60,181 bases of DNA from a virus (taxonomy: Duplodnaviria > Caudoviricetes), in the IMG/VR virus record IMGVR_UViG_3300042559_001222, positions 1-60,181 of that record. One strand, 5' to 3'. Below, piece by piece: positions 29,344 to 37,967 of the stretch (positions are counted from its first letter, which is position 1; every line of letters starts with the position of its first letter). Under the pieces are notes generated by a model, which was not told the origin of the DNA, searched no databases, and saw nothing but the letters and a program-made list of their open reading frames with translations. A program made the translations under genes and the position numbers.

Positions 29344-30282
29344 TTACTCCTTTACGTATTTGGCATATTCCTCGAGCGGAACACCCAATTTCTTTGCAAT
29401 AGCAACTTGACTCGGTGAAAGCTTCACCGTCCTGCGTGCACTATTTACCCCGGAACTACGGGAAGCAGGTGCAACGGCTGGCACGTTCGACCGTTGTCTG
29501 TTGTTGGTTGAAGCAGCCCGGAACTTGTTTGGAAACTCATTCCGAAGCCTGTTATCTAATTCAGTATAGTACTCGTCCGAATCAGGGTCAATGCCCTCTT
29601 CTTCAATCAAAGTCTGATGGATACCCCATGCGGCGTACGTCATCGTCCTATCCTGACCAAACCACTCATTCCTAGCCGCCCAATCCTCTGCGCGAGGGCT
29701 AGGTGCTGGCTGGCGAGGGGCCTGTTGCTGGTATGCGGGCTGCTGTGGCTGAACCCGCTGCTGTACAGGCGCTGCTTGCGGCTCTGGGCGTGAATCTTCC
29801 CATTGCTGCAACTGACGCTGCTCCATTGACAGCTGCATAAGGCGCTCTTGGGCCTCTGTTTCAGTATCAATATCGCCTTCTTCACGCGCCCTGCGAATAA
29901 TTGCCTTTAATTGCATTTGCTGCGTTTCTACTCTGGACCGTGCCTCGTATACCCGGCTTTGATCCGTACTAACCAGCTGTTGTTCAAGGTGATTTGCCTT
30001 GGCTTGGACATTACGAGCGTAATCCAAGGCCGCTTGCTCACGGCGCTCCGCCTCACGCATCTTAGCTGTCAGTTTAGCAATGCGCTTCTGCACATTTTCG
30101 CTGACCTGATCCAACTCATGCTTCTCTGGCTCAGATTTTTGAGCCACTGCGGGTTGTGTTGCTTCTAGTGTGGAAGAACCGCCCCTATCCTCCGATTCCT
30201 GCTCTGGAAGTTCAATACTAGTCTCTGTTTCGCCTTCGCCTAGCTCAAATTCAAGCTGGCTGTCTGGTGTGATGTTAGCCAT
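29344..30282 (-). CDS. Capsid scaffolding protein (putative)
   Basis: Acidic N-terminus, coiled coil, WA.RN.WFG, C-terminal VKLSPSQVAIAKKLGVPLEEYAKY. Confidence 0.7.
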   Translation of the reverse strand: MANITPDSQLEFELGEGETETSIELPEQESEDRGGSSTLEATQPAVAQKSEPEKHELDQVSENVQKRIAKLTAKMREAERREQAALDYARNVQAKANHLEQQLVSTDQSRVYEARSRVETQQMQLKAIIRRAREEGDIDTETEAQERLMQLSMEQRQLQQWEDSRPEPQAAPVQQRVQPQQPAYQQQAPRQPAPSPRAEDWAARNEWFGQDRTMTYAAWGIHQTLIEEEGIDPDSDEYYTELDNRLRNEFPNKFRAASTNNRQRSNVPAVAPASRSSGVNSARRTVKLSPSQVAIAKKLGVPLEEYAKYVKE

Positions 30283-30291
30283 GGTGAGTCC

Positions 30292-30744
30292 TTACATGTG
30301 CAGAATGTCTTCTGGGTTGTCGATTCGGGCCAATACCTCGTCATCATTGATGATTCGGATTTCCCCGCCGTCTACACCAATACGCGCACCCGCATATCGG
30401 CCAAAAACAATCCAATCACCCTGCTTGCACCATGCTCCGTTGGGGAATTTGCCTTCATCTTTGTAAGCCAATTCGCCAACGGCCAGAACATAGCCGCAGA
30501 CAGTGGTGATTTGTTGTTTTTCGATGGTTGAATCAGCAAGGACAATGCCTCCCTTGCTCTTTTTTGCGCCTCGATAGGGCAAAATCACAATTCGCCAGCC
30601 CGTAGGCTTCGGAATACGGTCCAGAACAGACTCGTTGATATCTTCGACAGCCAAACTGCCGTCATCCTTGTATGCGTCATCCAAAGTCGGAACCTTCTCC
30701 GCTTCTTCTTTCGCCCATTTTTCTTCCAGTGCTGACATTGTCAT
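30292..30744 (-). CDS. groES: Co-chaperonin GroES (Cpn10) homolog
   Basis: PTGWRIVI, SKGGIVL, VLAVG, GDWIVFGRYAG, RIINDDEVLA. Confidence 0.9.
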   Translation of the reverse strand: MTMSALEEKWAKEEAEKVPTLDDAYKDDGSLAVEDINESVLDRIPKPTGWRIVILPYRGAKKSKGGIVLADSTIEKQQITTVCGYVLAVGELAYKDEGKFPNGAWCKQGDWIVFGRYAGARIGVDGGEIRIINDDEVLARIDNPEDILHM

Positions 30745-30757
30745 AGTTTTAAGTTCC

Positions 30758-30943
30758 TCAGGAGTTTGAGTTCTTCTTCAGGAGATCATTTATTGCCATC
30801 TCCACAAACTTATAGCCCTCAATCCGTCCCATCAGGAACTTGTAATGCTCCATGTCCTTCACGCCGCCACCCACGATAACGTCTTCCGACTGTTTCCGTA
30901 GATTTCTGACTGAAATTAGCACTTGTTCAGTGAATTCAAGCAT
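30758..30943 (-). CDS. Small hypothetical protein upstream of GroES
   Basis: 61 aa, GGVKDMEHYKFLMGRIEG. Confidence 0.75.
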   Translation of the reverse strand: MLEFTEQVLISVRNLRKQSEDVIVGGGVKDMEHYKFLMGRIEGYKFVEMAINDLLKKNSNS

Positions 30944-31062
30944 GGATTATCCCAAGTACGCAGATAGTACGGGCCCTATCTGAAGGCTACACGCATATTA
31001 TGCATGTCTTTTTGCACTAAAACACCAATTTAATATAAGTGTACTTACATTAAAACTGCATT

Positions 31063-31206
31063 TTAGGTAATTTTTACCTTTTTGAAGGCATCTTTCCGAT
31101 AAACAAAGGTTGGTTTGTTCACCTGAATTGTTTCACGTGGAACATTCTTGGTCCGACTAGGACCTGTTTCACGCTTTGTCATCGATTTATTGGGTCTGGT
31201 TGCCAC
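31063..31206 (-). CDS. Small basic protein (47 aa) that contains the parS site
   Basis: GTG start with AGGAGG RBS, MATRPNKSMTKRETGPSRTKNVPRETIQ...KKVKIT; not in ORF track. Confidence 0.6.
   Translation of the reverse strand: MATRPNKSMTKRETGPSRTKNVPRETIQVNKPTFVYRKDAFKKVKIT
31129..31144. promoter_or_regulatory. parS site (ParB binding)
   Basis: TGTTTCACGTGGAACA (reverse complement TGTTCCACGTGAAACA), a canonical chromosomal parS variant; extra half-site TGTTTCACG at 31165. Confidence 0.75.
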
Positions 31207-33562
31207 GTTGGCCTCCTGTTTGAGTTATTTTTGACAATGCCACTGCATTACGCTCTGCCGCAAGCTTGTCTGCCTGTGCCAGTTTAGCCTGATCCACCAC
31301 CATGTCATTGTTTTCGCGCTGTTGATCGAAAGATAACTTGGCTTGATCGATCTGGTTTCTTGCCTGATCACGCTGTGCCGACTGCTGCAACTCTTGTTTC
31401 TTCAACTCAACCAGTGGGTCAGGTTGTTCCTGATTTGCTCCCGAAAGCTCGTCCTGCATTGCCTTCACCTCCTTGAAGTACTGCGCTACCTTCAAGGCCA
31501 CCATTGCTTCACGCTGAAGCAATGACACCATTCTGTCGGGGTCTGTACCATATTGCTGGAACAATTCCGCCTCGACAGCCTCTTCCGCCTTCTTTGTCAT
31601 GTGATCAAAGATGTGCTTTTGCAAAGACATGGCGACATTTGGCATAGATGCAACAAGCGGTGACAGACCCATCATGATGTGGCTCATTATGTGAGCGTCA
31701 TGCTGCTGACCAGCAAATGCCTTCAGCTGTGTTCCATCCAGCGCCTGTGAGTTCTCGCTTGCAGGGTCTTTCGGCTTATCCACATCCTGACTTGTCAGGA
31801 TAGCATCTACATCTCTGACTCCAATCGCTTCATACATACGGCGATAGGCTTCATACATGTTGTGCATCTGGGGTGCAGATTGGGCAAGCTGGAGTTGCGT
31901 TTGCGCCATAGTGATCCGCTGCGCCACCGAAAAAATATTGGGGTCAGACACCGGCAGAACGTCGATTCGATCATCAAAGTCCTTCTTTTTGATCTTGCGC
32001 GACTCTCCCGGCACATCATACGGGTACTCGTCAGGCAAGTATTCCGCAAAACCCTTGGCCAGCAACTGGAACTCCAGCTTCTGCGAATAATGCAGCCGCT
32101 TGTGAATAGCAGACATGACCGAAGAACCCTTCTCCAGCAGCGCAATCGTTGTTCCCACTGCGGCGTTCTGATTGCTATCGCCTACCTGCAAATCGGTAAT
32201 CGAAGCCATACGACGACCCGCATCTACGCAGAAACCCATCAGCGCAAACAATGTCTGGCTAGGCTCCTTGTACGGCAGCGGCAAGAGCGACTGCTGCAAG
32301 TCCATACCACCGGCATCAATGTCGCGCCATTCGCCCGGAGAGATCGGCACATCATCATTCTCAATCCGTGCACCCTTGGCTTTAAAGCCCGCTGGCAGGT
32401 TGCTCAACGTACCCGCATCAGTCAACTGACGCAGAGCAGCTGAAGCCGTCTTGGACAGGCCACCAATCAGGTGCAGGAAGCCCAAGCCATACGCACCGGG
32501 GCCCTGTACCAGCAGGTAATGGATGTAGTACTCCTGACGCTCTTGACGCTCTTCCTTCTCTTTCCAGTTGCGGCGAACACCCACAACCCGCTCAGAGACC
32601 TCATCGATGGTGACTACATAGGGCAGCTTGATGCCGGTGGGCTCACCGTCTTCATCCATGTCCTCAAAGCCGGGGAGGTCATAGTCCACTTGGAATTCAA
32701 GCAGATAAATCTCTTCCTCGTCACCACTCGGCACAACACCCGTGACCTTCTTGTCCTTCTCCTGAACAATCTTGGTCTGCTCCATATCCACCGAAGGGTC
32801 CGCTGAGTCCAGATACTGGCCACGTACTACCGCCTTGCGGTAGGCATTCAACGACATCGGGAAGCGGTAGGTAATACGCTCACACTCGCTCATCACCGAC
32901 GAGCCGTTGTAGGGGATATACAGATTGTCAGCAGGGATCATCTTGCTGACCATACGACCCTTGTCGTAGTCAAAGTAGATTTTCTTGAAGGCGGATCCGC
33001 CGTAGCCCACGTAGAACAGCATCTGATCGAACTCAGGTGTGTACTCAGGCATCACAGTCGTGATTTGGTAGTTCATGAACTCCTTGACGCGCTGCGCTTG
33101 CATCAGGCGCTCACGGGTCTCCTTACCCAGTACCTGCGTACGCACGGGCCCGCCCGCGGGCATGAGCTCCTTCAACGCTTGCGCTTGGAATTGCACAATC
33201 GCCTCGGACAGCAGTGGGTGGTACACGCCACACGCGCCCTTGAACGGCTTGGTGCGTTCTTCCATCGAGAAGCCCAACAACTCCATACCCTGTGAATACT
33301 GCTTTTCCCACGGCTCACGGGATGAGGTATCTGCCTCATAGAGCATCATCAGGTCTTCCGATATGCCTGTCAGAACGTCTTCCGGCAGCACCTCTGCGAG
33401 ATTCGCGTCGAATGGGACATCGTCATCTTCACCTTCGCCGATGTTGACGACAACGCCGCCGTCTTCATCAAACTCGATTTCGATATCAGGCAGTTCGCCT
33501 TCACTCTCAATTTCGACATCCATCTCGCCCGAAGGCAGACTGTTTACGCGTTCTACTGGCAT
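31187..33562 (-). CDS. Portal protein
   Basis: 791 aa; FDANLAE, HPLLSEA..QFQA, GSAFKKIY, AGTLSNLPAGFKA, LPYKEPS, MSAIHKRLH motifs of P22-like portals. Confidence 0.88.
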   Translation of the reverse strand: MPVERVNSLPSGEMDVEIESEGELPDIEIEFDEDGGVVVNIGEGEDDDVPFDANLAEVLPEDVLTGISEDLMMLYEADTSSREPWEKQYSQGMELLGFSMEERTKPFKGACGVYHPLLSEAIVQFQAQALKELMPAGGPVRTQVLGKETRERLMQAQRVKEFMNYQITTVMPEYTPEFDQMLFYVGYGGSAFKKIYFDYDKGRMVSKMIPADNLYIPYNGSSVMSECERITYRFPMSLNAYRKAVVRGQYLDSADPSVDMEQTKIVQEKDKKVTGVVPSGDEEEIYLLEFQVDYDLPGFEDMDEDGEPTGIKLPYVVTIDEVSERVVGVRRNWKEKEERQERQEYYIHYLLVQGPGAYGLGFLHLIGGLSKTASAALRQLTDAGTLSNLPAGFKAKGARIENDDVPISPGEWRDIDAGGMDLQQSLLPLPYKEPSQTLFALMGFCVDAGRRMASITDLQVGDSNQNAAVGTTIALLEKGSSVMSAIHKRLHYSQKLEFQLLAKGFAEYLPDEYPYDVPGESRKIKKKDFDDRIDVLPVSDPNIFSVAQRITMAQTQLQLAQSAPQMHNMYEAYRRMYEAIGVRDVDAILTSQDVDKPKDPASENSQALDGTQLKAFAGQQHDAHIMSHIMMGLSPLVASMPNVAMSLQKHIFDHMTKKAEEAVEAELFQQYGTDPDRMVSLLQREAMVALKVAQYFKEVKAMQDELSGANQEQPDPLVELKKQELQQSAQRDQARNQIDQAKLSFDQQRENNDMVVDQAKLAQADKLAAERNAVALSKITQTGGQRGNQTQ

Positions 33563-33571
33563 GGTCGTTCC

Positions 33572-36500
33572 TTATTCAGTGCCTCTGAGATATTTTTCAT
33601 ATTCATCAAACCAATTCACCTGAGGGGCATTTTCTTTAATGACTTCACCTGTTCTGGTGTTTGGATATGACTCTATGTATTTGGCTGATTGAAAATCAAG
33701 GCCATTATATTTATTTCTTAGGTTATCCAACAATTTAAATACATCTAGCTTTTCTTCTAGGGTAGGCAAACTGTTATAGGGACCTTTTATCTGTCTAACA
33801 AAAAATGCGCCCTGTGGATCAACCATACCTTCAACAGTGGTAACCGGTTTTCCTGCATCTGGACGGTTTGAAAATACTTTTGCATAACCTGATGTAAATG
33901 CCTTCTTGCCACCTAATCCATAGCTACCGGGTTCAGCATATTGCCATACAGAATGATTCATGGCCCTGCCTTCAAGCTTTACCGCAAAAGGCGTATCTAT
34001 ACTTACCCATCCTGTTCCTTCTAGCCCCGGAACAGGGGTAACACCTTCTGAATAAAACTTCTTAGGTATTTCTTTACCCTTCATAACTGCATTTATAACC
34101 GCATCGCCACTACGATCAAATAAAGTATTTTTCATTCCCCGAATAATCATTTCAGGGTAAGACATTCTTTCTATGTCTTTAATCGTTAATGTTGCAATAC
34201 CTTTTCCTGCGGCACCCGGACGAAGTACCTCTAACGTAGGTCCAAATGCACCTGTGTCATAAACAAGTTCATCTCCTTTTGCTGCGCGTAATAAAGCTTC
34301 TTCCGCCCCGTTTACTGGTTTGCGTTTACCCTCAAGAAGATCCGCCAACATTTTACGTGCCTCGGGTGCGTATCTACCTCTCATCTCTACCCGGTCTATG
34401 GGGAAGAAACTTGTTCTAATATCCTCCGGTGATACGCCCTCATTAAGCATTTTTTGCTTTTCAGCATTCCTAACTTTTATTGCTTTTTGTATGTTTTTGT
34501 CAGTATTTGCCTGACTCTTGACAAAAAGTTCTCCACGTATATCGGTGAGGTGATCATAAGCCTCCTCAAATGCCTTCAGTTCATCTGGAGACCCCTCACG
34601 CGCCGCTTTCAATAAAGCATCAGTTAGCTTTTGTGTATCATCTCCAGTTAGTTTTATGCGACCGTCAAGGATAGCTTCTCTAAGTGGATCATCGCCTGTG
34701 GAAAAAGTAGAAGAAAAATATTTATGACCTTTTTTGGCAATAATATCGCTTACTTTTTCTACATCAATACCCCTTATATTCTGTGAATTTCTAAGGACAG
34801 TATCTATTACCTTATCAAGATGCGCATCAATATTTGATCCTGATCCTTGAGGGTAAAACACCCCACCTTTTGGCTTGACCGCGTACATTGGTTCAGCAGC
34901 AGGAGCCATCTTGCCAAGTGTTGCTTCAATCTGTGGGCCAGCGGACTTCATTGCAGCCAGCGTTGCTTTGGCCGTAGGCTTTGCAGCTTTCAATACAGCA
35001 AATGGATCAATCGCCGTGCCAATCTCCACAAAGCCCTGCGACTCTTTCGTCGGCGCAGTCATCCGCTTGGGCAAATAATCCCGCTCTACTTCTGTGGAGG
35101 TCGCGAACTTGCGCTTTTTGTCATCACGAAAAATGGATTCAATATCTCCAACCACGCCCGGTACACCAGCCACGGACCCACGAGCCATAGATTCAAGATT
35201 GCTTACTCCTTCCCCAGCAATACGCCTTAACATTTTCAACGCCTCACGCGCATCACGCACATCAGGCAGCTTCATATTACGAAATGCCGCACGTGTATCC
35301 GCAGTGATAGGACCTGTATCCGCAACCTCACCATAAATAGGAGAGCCATTGGCGCGATGAACAATCCCACCTTCTGCTTTTCTTATGTCAGGAGTCTTGA
35401 CGTTGAACGAACCTTCATTGCCTACCGCCGACTTGATCTTCTTTGGATCAAATATGCCAAGGTTTTTAGTGCCCGCCTCCATCATGTACATGCCATCAAA
35501 GCCTAACTTCTTTGCGGCTTCCAACACAATAGGGTCTTCAATAAATCCCCACTGCCCCGTTGATAAAAGCCGACGCACACTGTCCGTGGTTACCGGCTTA
35601 CCTCCACTTGTCATCCACCATGCCAAATCTTTTTTACCTTTGTTTTTTCTTACCGCAGCTGACACTTCCGCCGCTAACTCATCTACATGCTTTGCATTTT
35701 CAAAGTCAAACGGCTTTTTGACTTGTACGTACACAGGATATACGCGGGAAGGACTTGCACTACCTTGAGGACCGATATACCGCACCCCGGTAAACAAATC
35801 TGTGAATTCTGGATTCGGTGTGACAAAAGTCATACCTCCCGTGCCGGGCTTGAAGGAAGTGAAGCCTTGATCAGTACCCACCGTTTTGTAAAAGTCAGGC
35901 AGTCTTTTGTCCGCTACCGTTTTACCCTCAGGTGCCATCAAAGTGCCGTGGTACATGCGACGCTTTTCAGCAGAAGATGCCAAGAACGCCTCTCTCGCCT
36001 TCTCCAATGCCTTAGGATCAAATGACTTCACCTGCTGCAATACCTCTTGCGCAGATAGTTTGCCCATCGGAAAAGTATCCACTTCCTTTGCCGGAAGCGC
36101 ATTCTTTGCCTTGGTTATCAGGTTCCTGACCACACTCGGCGGCAGTATCTGCTGTGGCGTAACCGGCAGTGGCAAATACGTACCCAGTTCCTCATACCCG
36201 GCGGCATCCTTACTAGGCGCAGTCATACGAGAAGGCAGTACGTCCCGCTTCACCTCCTCCGTAGTCATAAACCGGCGATTTTTGTCGTCACGAAATCCCG
36301 ACTCCACATCACCTACAAATCCGGGGATCGCGGCGACTGAGCCGCGCAGCGTGGACTCCAAATTACTGACACCCTCACGGCCAACCTGTCCCAGCAAACT
36401 CAATGCCTCACGCGGGCTAAAGCTATGGCGAGTTGCCATAGCTCTACGAGTATCTTCCGTAATACCGCCAGAATTGCTTAGATCCACGCCCTCACCATAC

Positions 36501-37918
36501 ATCGGTGAGCCATCGGCGCGATGCACCACGCCACCATGCGCCATCATTACCGGCTCTTCTTGTGCAAAGGGGGACTGATACGATATCTCCGACAAGCTTG
36601 CCAACGGCGAGGACTGTATAGTGTCTTCCTCTAAGGTCGATTCCTCTTGCGCTACCTGCTCCCCACGGCGCTCCAAATACCGCTCGGCTATCGTCTCATC
36701 ATCGTCGTACTCGTCATCATCCTCACGCGAATCCGCCAAAGACATTGCCGCAAACGCCGCCTGATAGCTCGGACCCATACGCTCCATGTCCGCACGGGTG
36801 ACTTGATCCTGCTGTGGCGGGGCCGTTGCTGGTCCTTGTTGCGCGATCCGCGGCGCGGGTTCCAATGTCGATCCCGGCTTGTAATCCTCTACCGGTGCCT
36901 CTACCCGCGGCATCATTGGAGCCTCTACCCGCGGCATCATTGGAGCATTCGCCCGCTTGTAAGGCCGACCCAAGATGGCTTCTGCTTCTTCCTTGTACCG
37001 CGGAACTTGGCCCGTGGACAGACCAATGGTGCTGCCCGGGATACTGGCCCACTGACGCGCCGCCTTTGGCTTGGCCCTATCAAAGTTGCCACTCACAATA
37101 TCTGGCAACGCACCAATGTCATGCAATATACCCACTGCCGCCCGCTTTTGATTCAGCAACGAGAAGTCAGTCAGACCCAGCTTCTTTCGCTGCCCATCCC
37201 ACGTGCGGCTGAGTATTTGGAACATACCCGCAGCGTCACTTCTGTCACCCTTTTTATTAAAAATAACAGCGGTACGTGGGTGATCCCTGAAGTCATTAAA
37301 CTCCTTGAACCCCACCATCTGGTTAGCCTTGGGGCTACCCTCATACACATTGATGTAGTCCAAAAACTTATTAACGTTGGGGTCCTGCAAATACACATCC
37401 GGATCAAACTTCTTACTCTTTTGCTGGGGCGAAGCAGGAGGTTGTTGCTGTGGTTTTGCGTTACCGTAGAACTGGGAAATAAACTGCTTGTATTGAGCGG
37501 GTCTCAAGTGCAGACCCATTGGATCTTTCACCACATCTGGATAGAGGTTGATCAACGGACCCGTAAATGGCAAATTATTGCGCTTGGATACCTCTGCCAA
37601 GAACTCATTCTGGCCTGTCGTAGGATGTTTCTCGGTCCCCGGACCGACGCCAATCAATATCGGACGACCGCCCTTCTTCCGAACTAACTCAATCTGCTCT
37701 TCAATGAACTTCTTCTGCTCTGGAATGTTCGGGATTCCCGTGCCAATGAACACGTCCCGACCCTCCAAGCTATTGTGCAAGGAATACGACAAAATCATAT
37801 CCCGCACTTCCCGTGGACCTGCCCCCGAGCGGCTAGTGCCATCTAGCTTATTAGCTTTGCGAATACCATCAGCTACGCTGTCGCCAAACACTAACGGGTG
37901 CAAAGTTTTGTCGGCCAT
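33572..37918 (-). CDS. Polyvalent virion protein: SGNH hydrolase + lambda-type lysozyme + duplicated module + ADP-ribosyltransferase-like + PcfJ-like domains
   Basis: VFGDS...DPMGLH; FLD...EG...DHPR...AAG.FQIL..TW...DFS..NQ...WASIPG; YHGT...VYPVY...GFDG...FDP..IKS; EG.AMNHSV..Y...QIKG.YN. Confidence 0.75.
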   Translation of the reverse strand: MADKTLHPLVFGDSVADGIRKANKLDGTSRSGAGPREVRDMILSYSLHNSLEGRDVFIGTGIPNIPEQKKFIEEQIELVRKKGGRPILIGVGPGTEKHPTTGQNEFLAEVSKRNNLPFTGPLINLYPDVVKDPMGLHLRPAQYKQFISQFYGNAKPQQQPPASPQQKSKKFDPDVYLQDPNVNKFLDYINVYEGSPKANQMVGFKEFNDFRDHPRTAVIFNKKGDRSDAAGMFQILSRTWDGQRKKLGLTDFSLLNQKRAAVGILHDIGALPDIVSGNFDRAKPKAARQWASIPGSTIGLSTGQVPRYKEEAEAILGRPYKRANAPMMPRVEAPMMPRVEAPVEDYKPGSTLEPAPRIAQQGPATAPPQQDQVTRADMERMGPSYQAAFAAMSLADSREDDDEYDDDETIAERYLERRGEQVAQEESTLEEDTIQSSPLASLSEISYQSPFAQEEPVMMAHGGVVHRADGSPMYGEGVDLSNSGGITEDTRRAMATRHSFSPREALSLLGQVGREGVSNLESTLRGSVAAIPGFVGDVESGFRDDKNRRFMTTEEVKRDVLPSRMTAPSKDAAGYEELGTYLPLPVTPQQILPPSVVRNLITKAKNALPAKEVDTFPMGKLSAQEVLQQVKSFDPKALEKAREAFLASSAEKRRMYHGTLMAPEGKTVADKRLPDFYKTVGTDQGFTSFKPGTGGMTFVTPNPEFTDLFTGVRYIGPQGSASPSRVYPVYVQVKKPFDFENAKHVDELAAEVSAAVRKNKGKKDLAWWMTSGGKPVTTDSVRRLLSTGQWGFIEDPIVLEAAKKLGFDGMYMMEAGTKNLGIFDPKKIKSAVGNEGSFNVKTPDIRKAEGGIVHRANGSPIYGEVADTGPITADTRAAFRNMKLPDVRDAREALKMLRRIAGEGVSNLESMARGSVAGVPGVVGDIESIFRDDKKRKFATSTEVERDYLPKRMTAPTKESQGFVEIGTAIDPFAVLKAAKPTAKATLAAMKSAGPQIEATLGKMAPAAEPMYAVKPKGGVFYPQGSGSNIDAHLDKVIDTVLRNSQNIRGIDVEKVSDIIAKKGHKYFSSTFSTGDDPLREAILDGRIKLTGDDTQKLTDALLKAAREGSPDELKAFEEAYDHLTDIRGELFVKSQANTDKNIQKAIKVRNAEKQKMLNEGVSPEDIRTSFFPIDRVEMRGRYAPEARKMLADLLEGKRKPVNGAEEALLRAAKGDELVYDTGAFGPTLEVLRPGAAGKGIATLTIKDIERMSYPEMIIRGMKNTLFDRSGDAVINAVMKGKEIPKKFYSEGVTPVPGLEGTGWVSIDTPFAVKLEGRAMNHSVWQYAEPGSYGLGGKKAFTSGYAKVFSNRPDAGKPVTTVEGMVDPQGAFFVRQIKGPYNSLPTLEEKLDVFKLLDNLRNKYNGLDFQSAKYIESYPNTRTGEVIKENAPQVNWFDEYEKYLRGTE
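36897..36946. repeat. 24-bp tandem duplication encoding APMMPRVE x2
   Basis: gcctctacccgcggcatcattgga twice. Confidence 0.9.
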
Positions 37919-37967
37919 GGCTCACGGTCCAAAAGAAGAAAAGAATGCCGCTAAACTACCATTTTCC

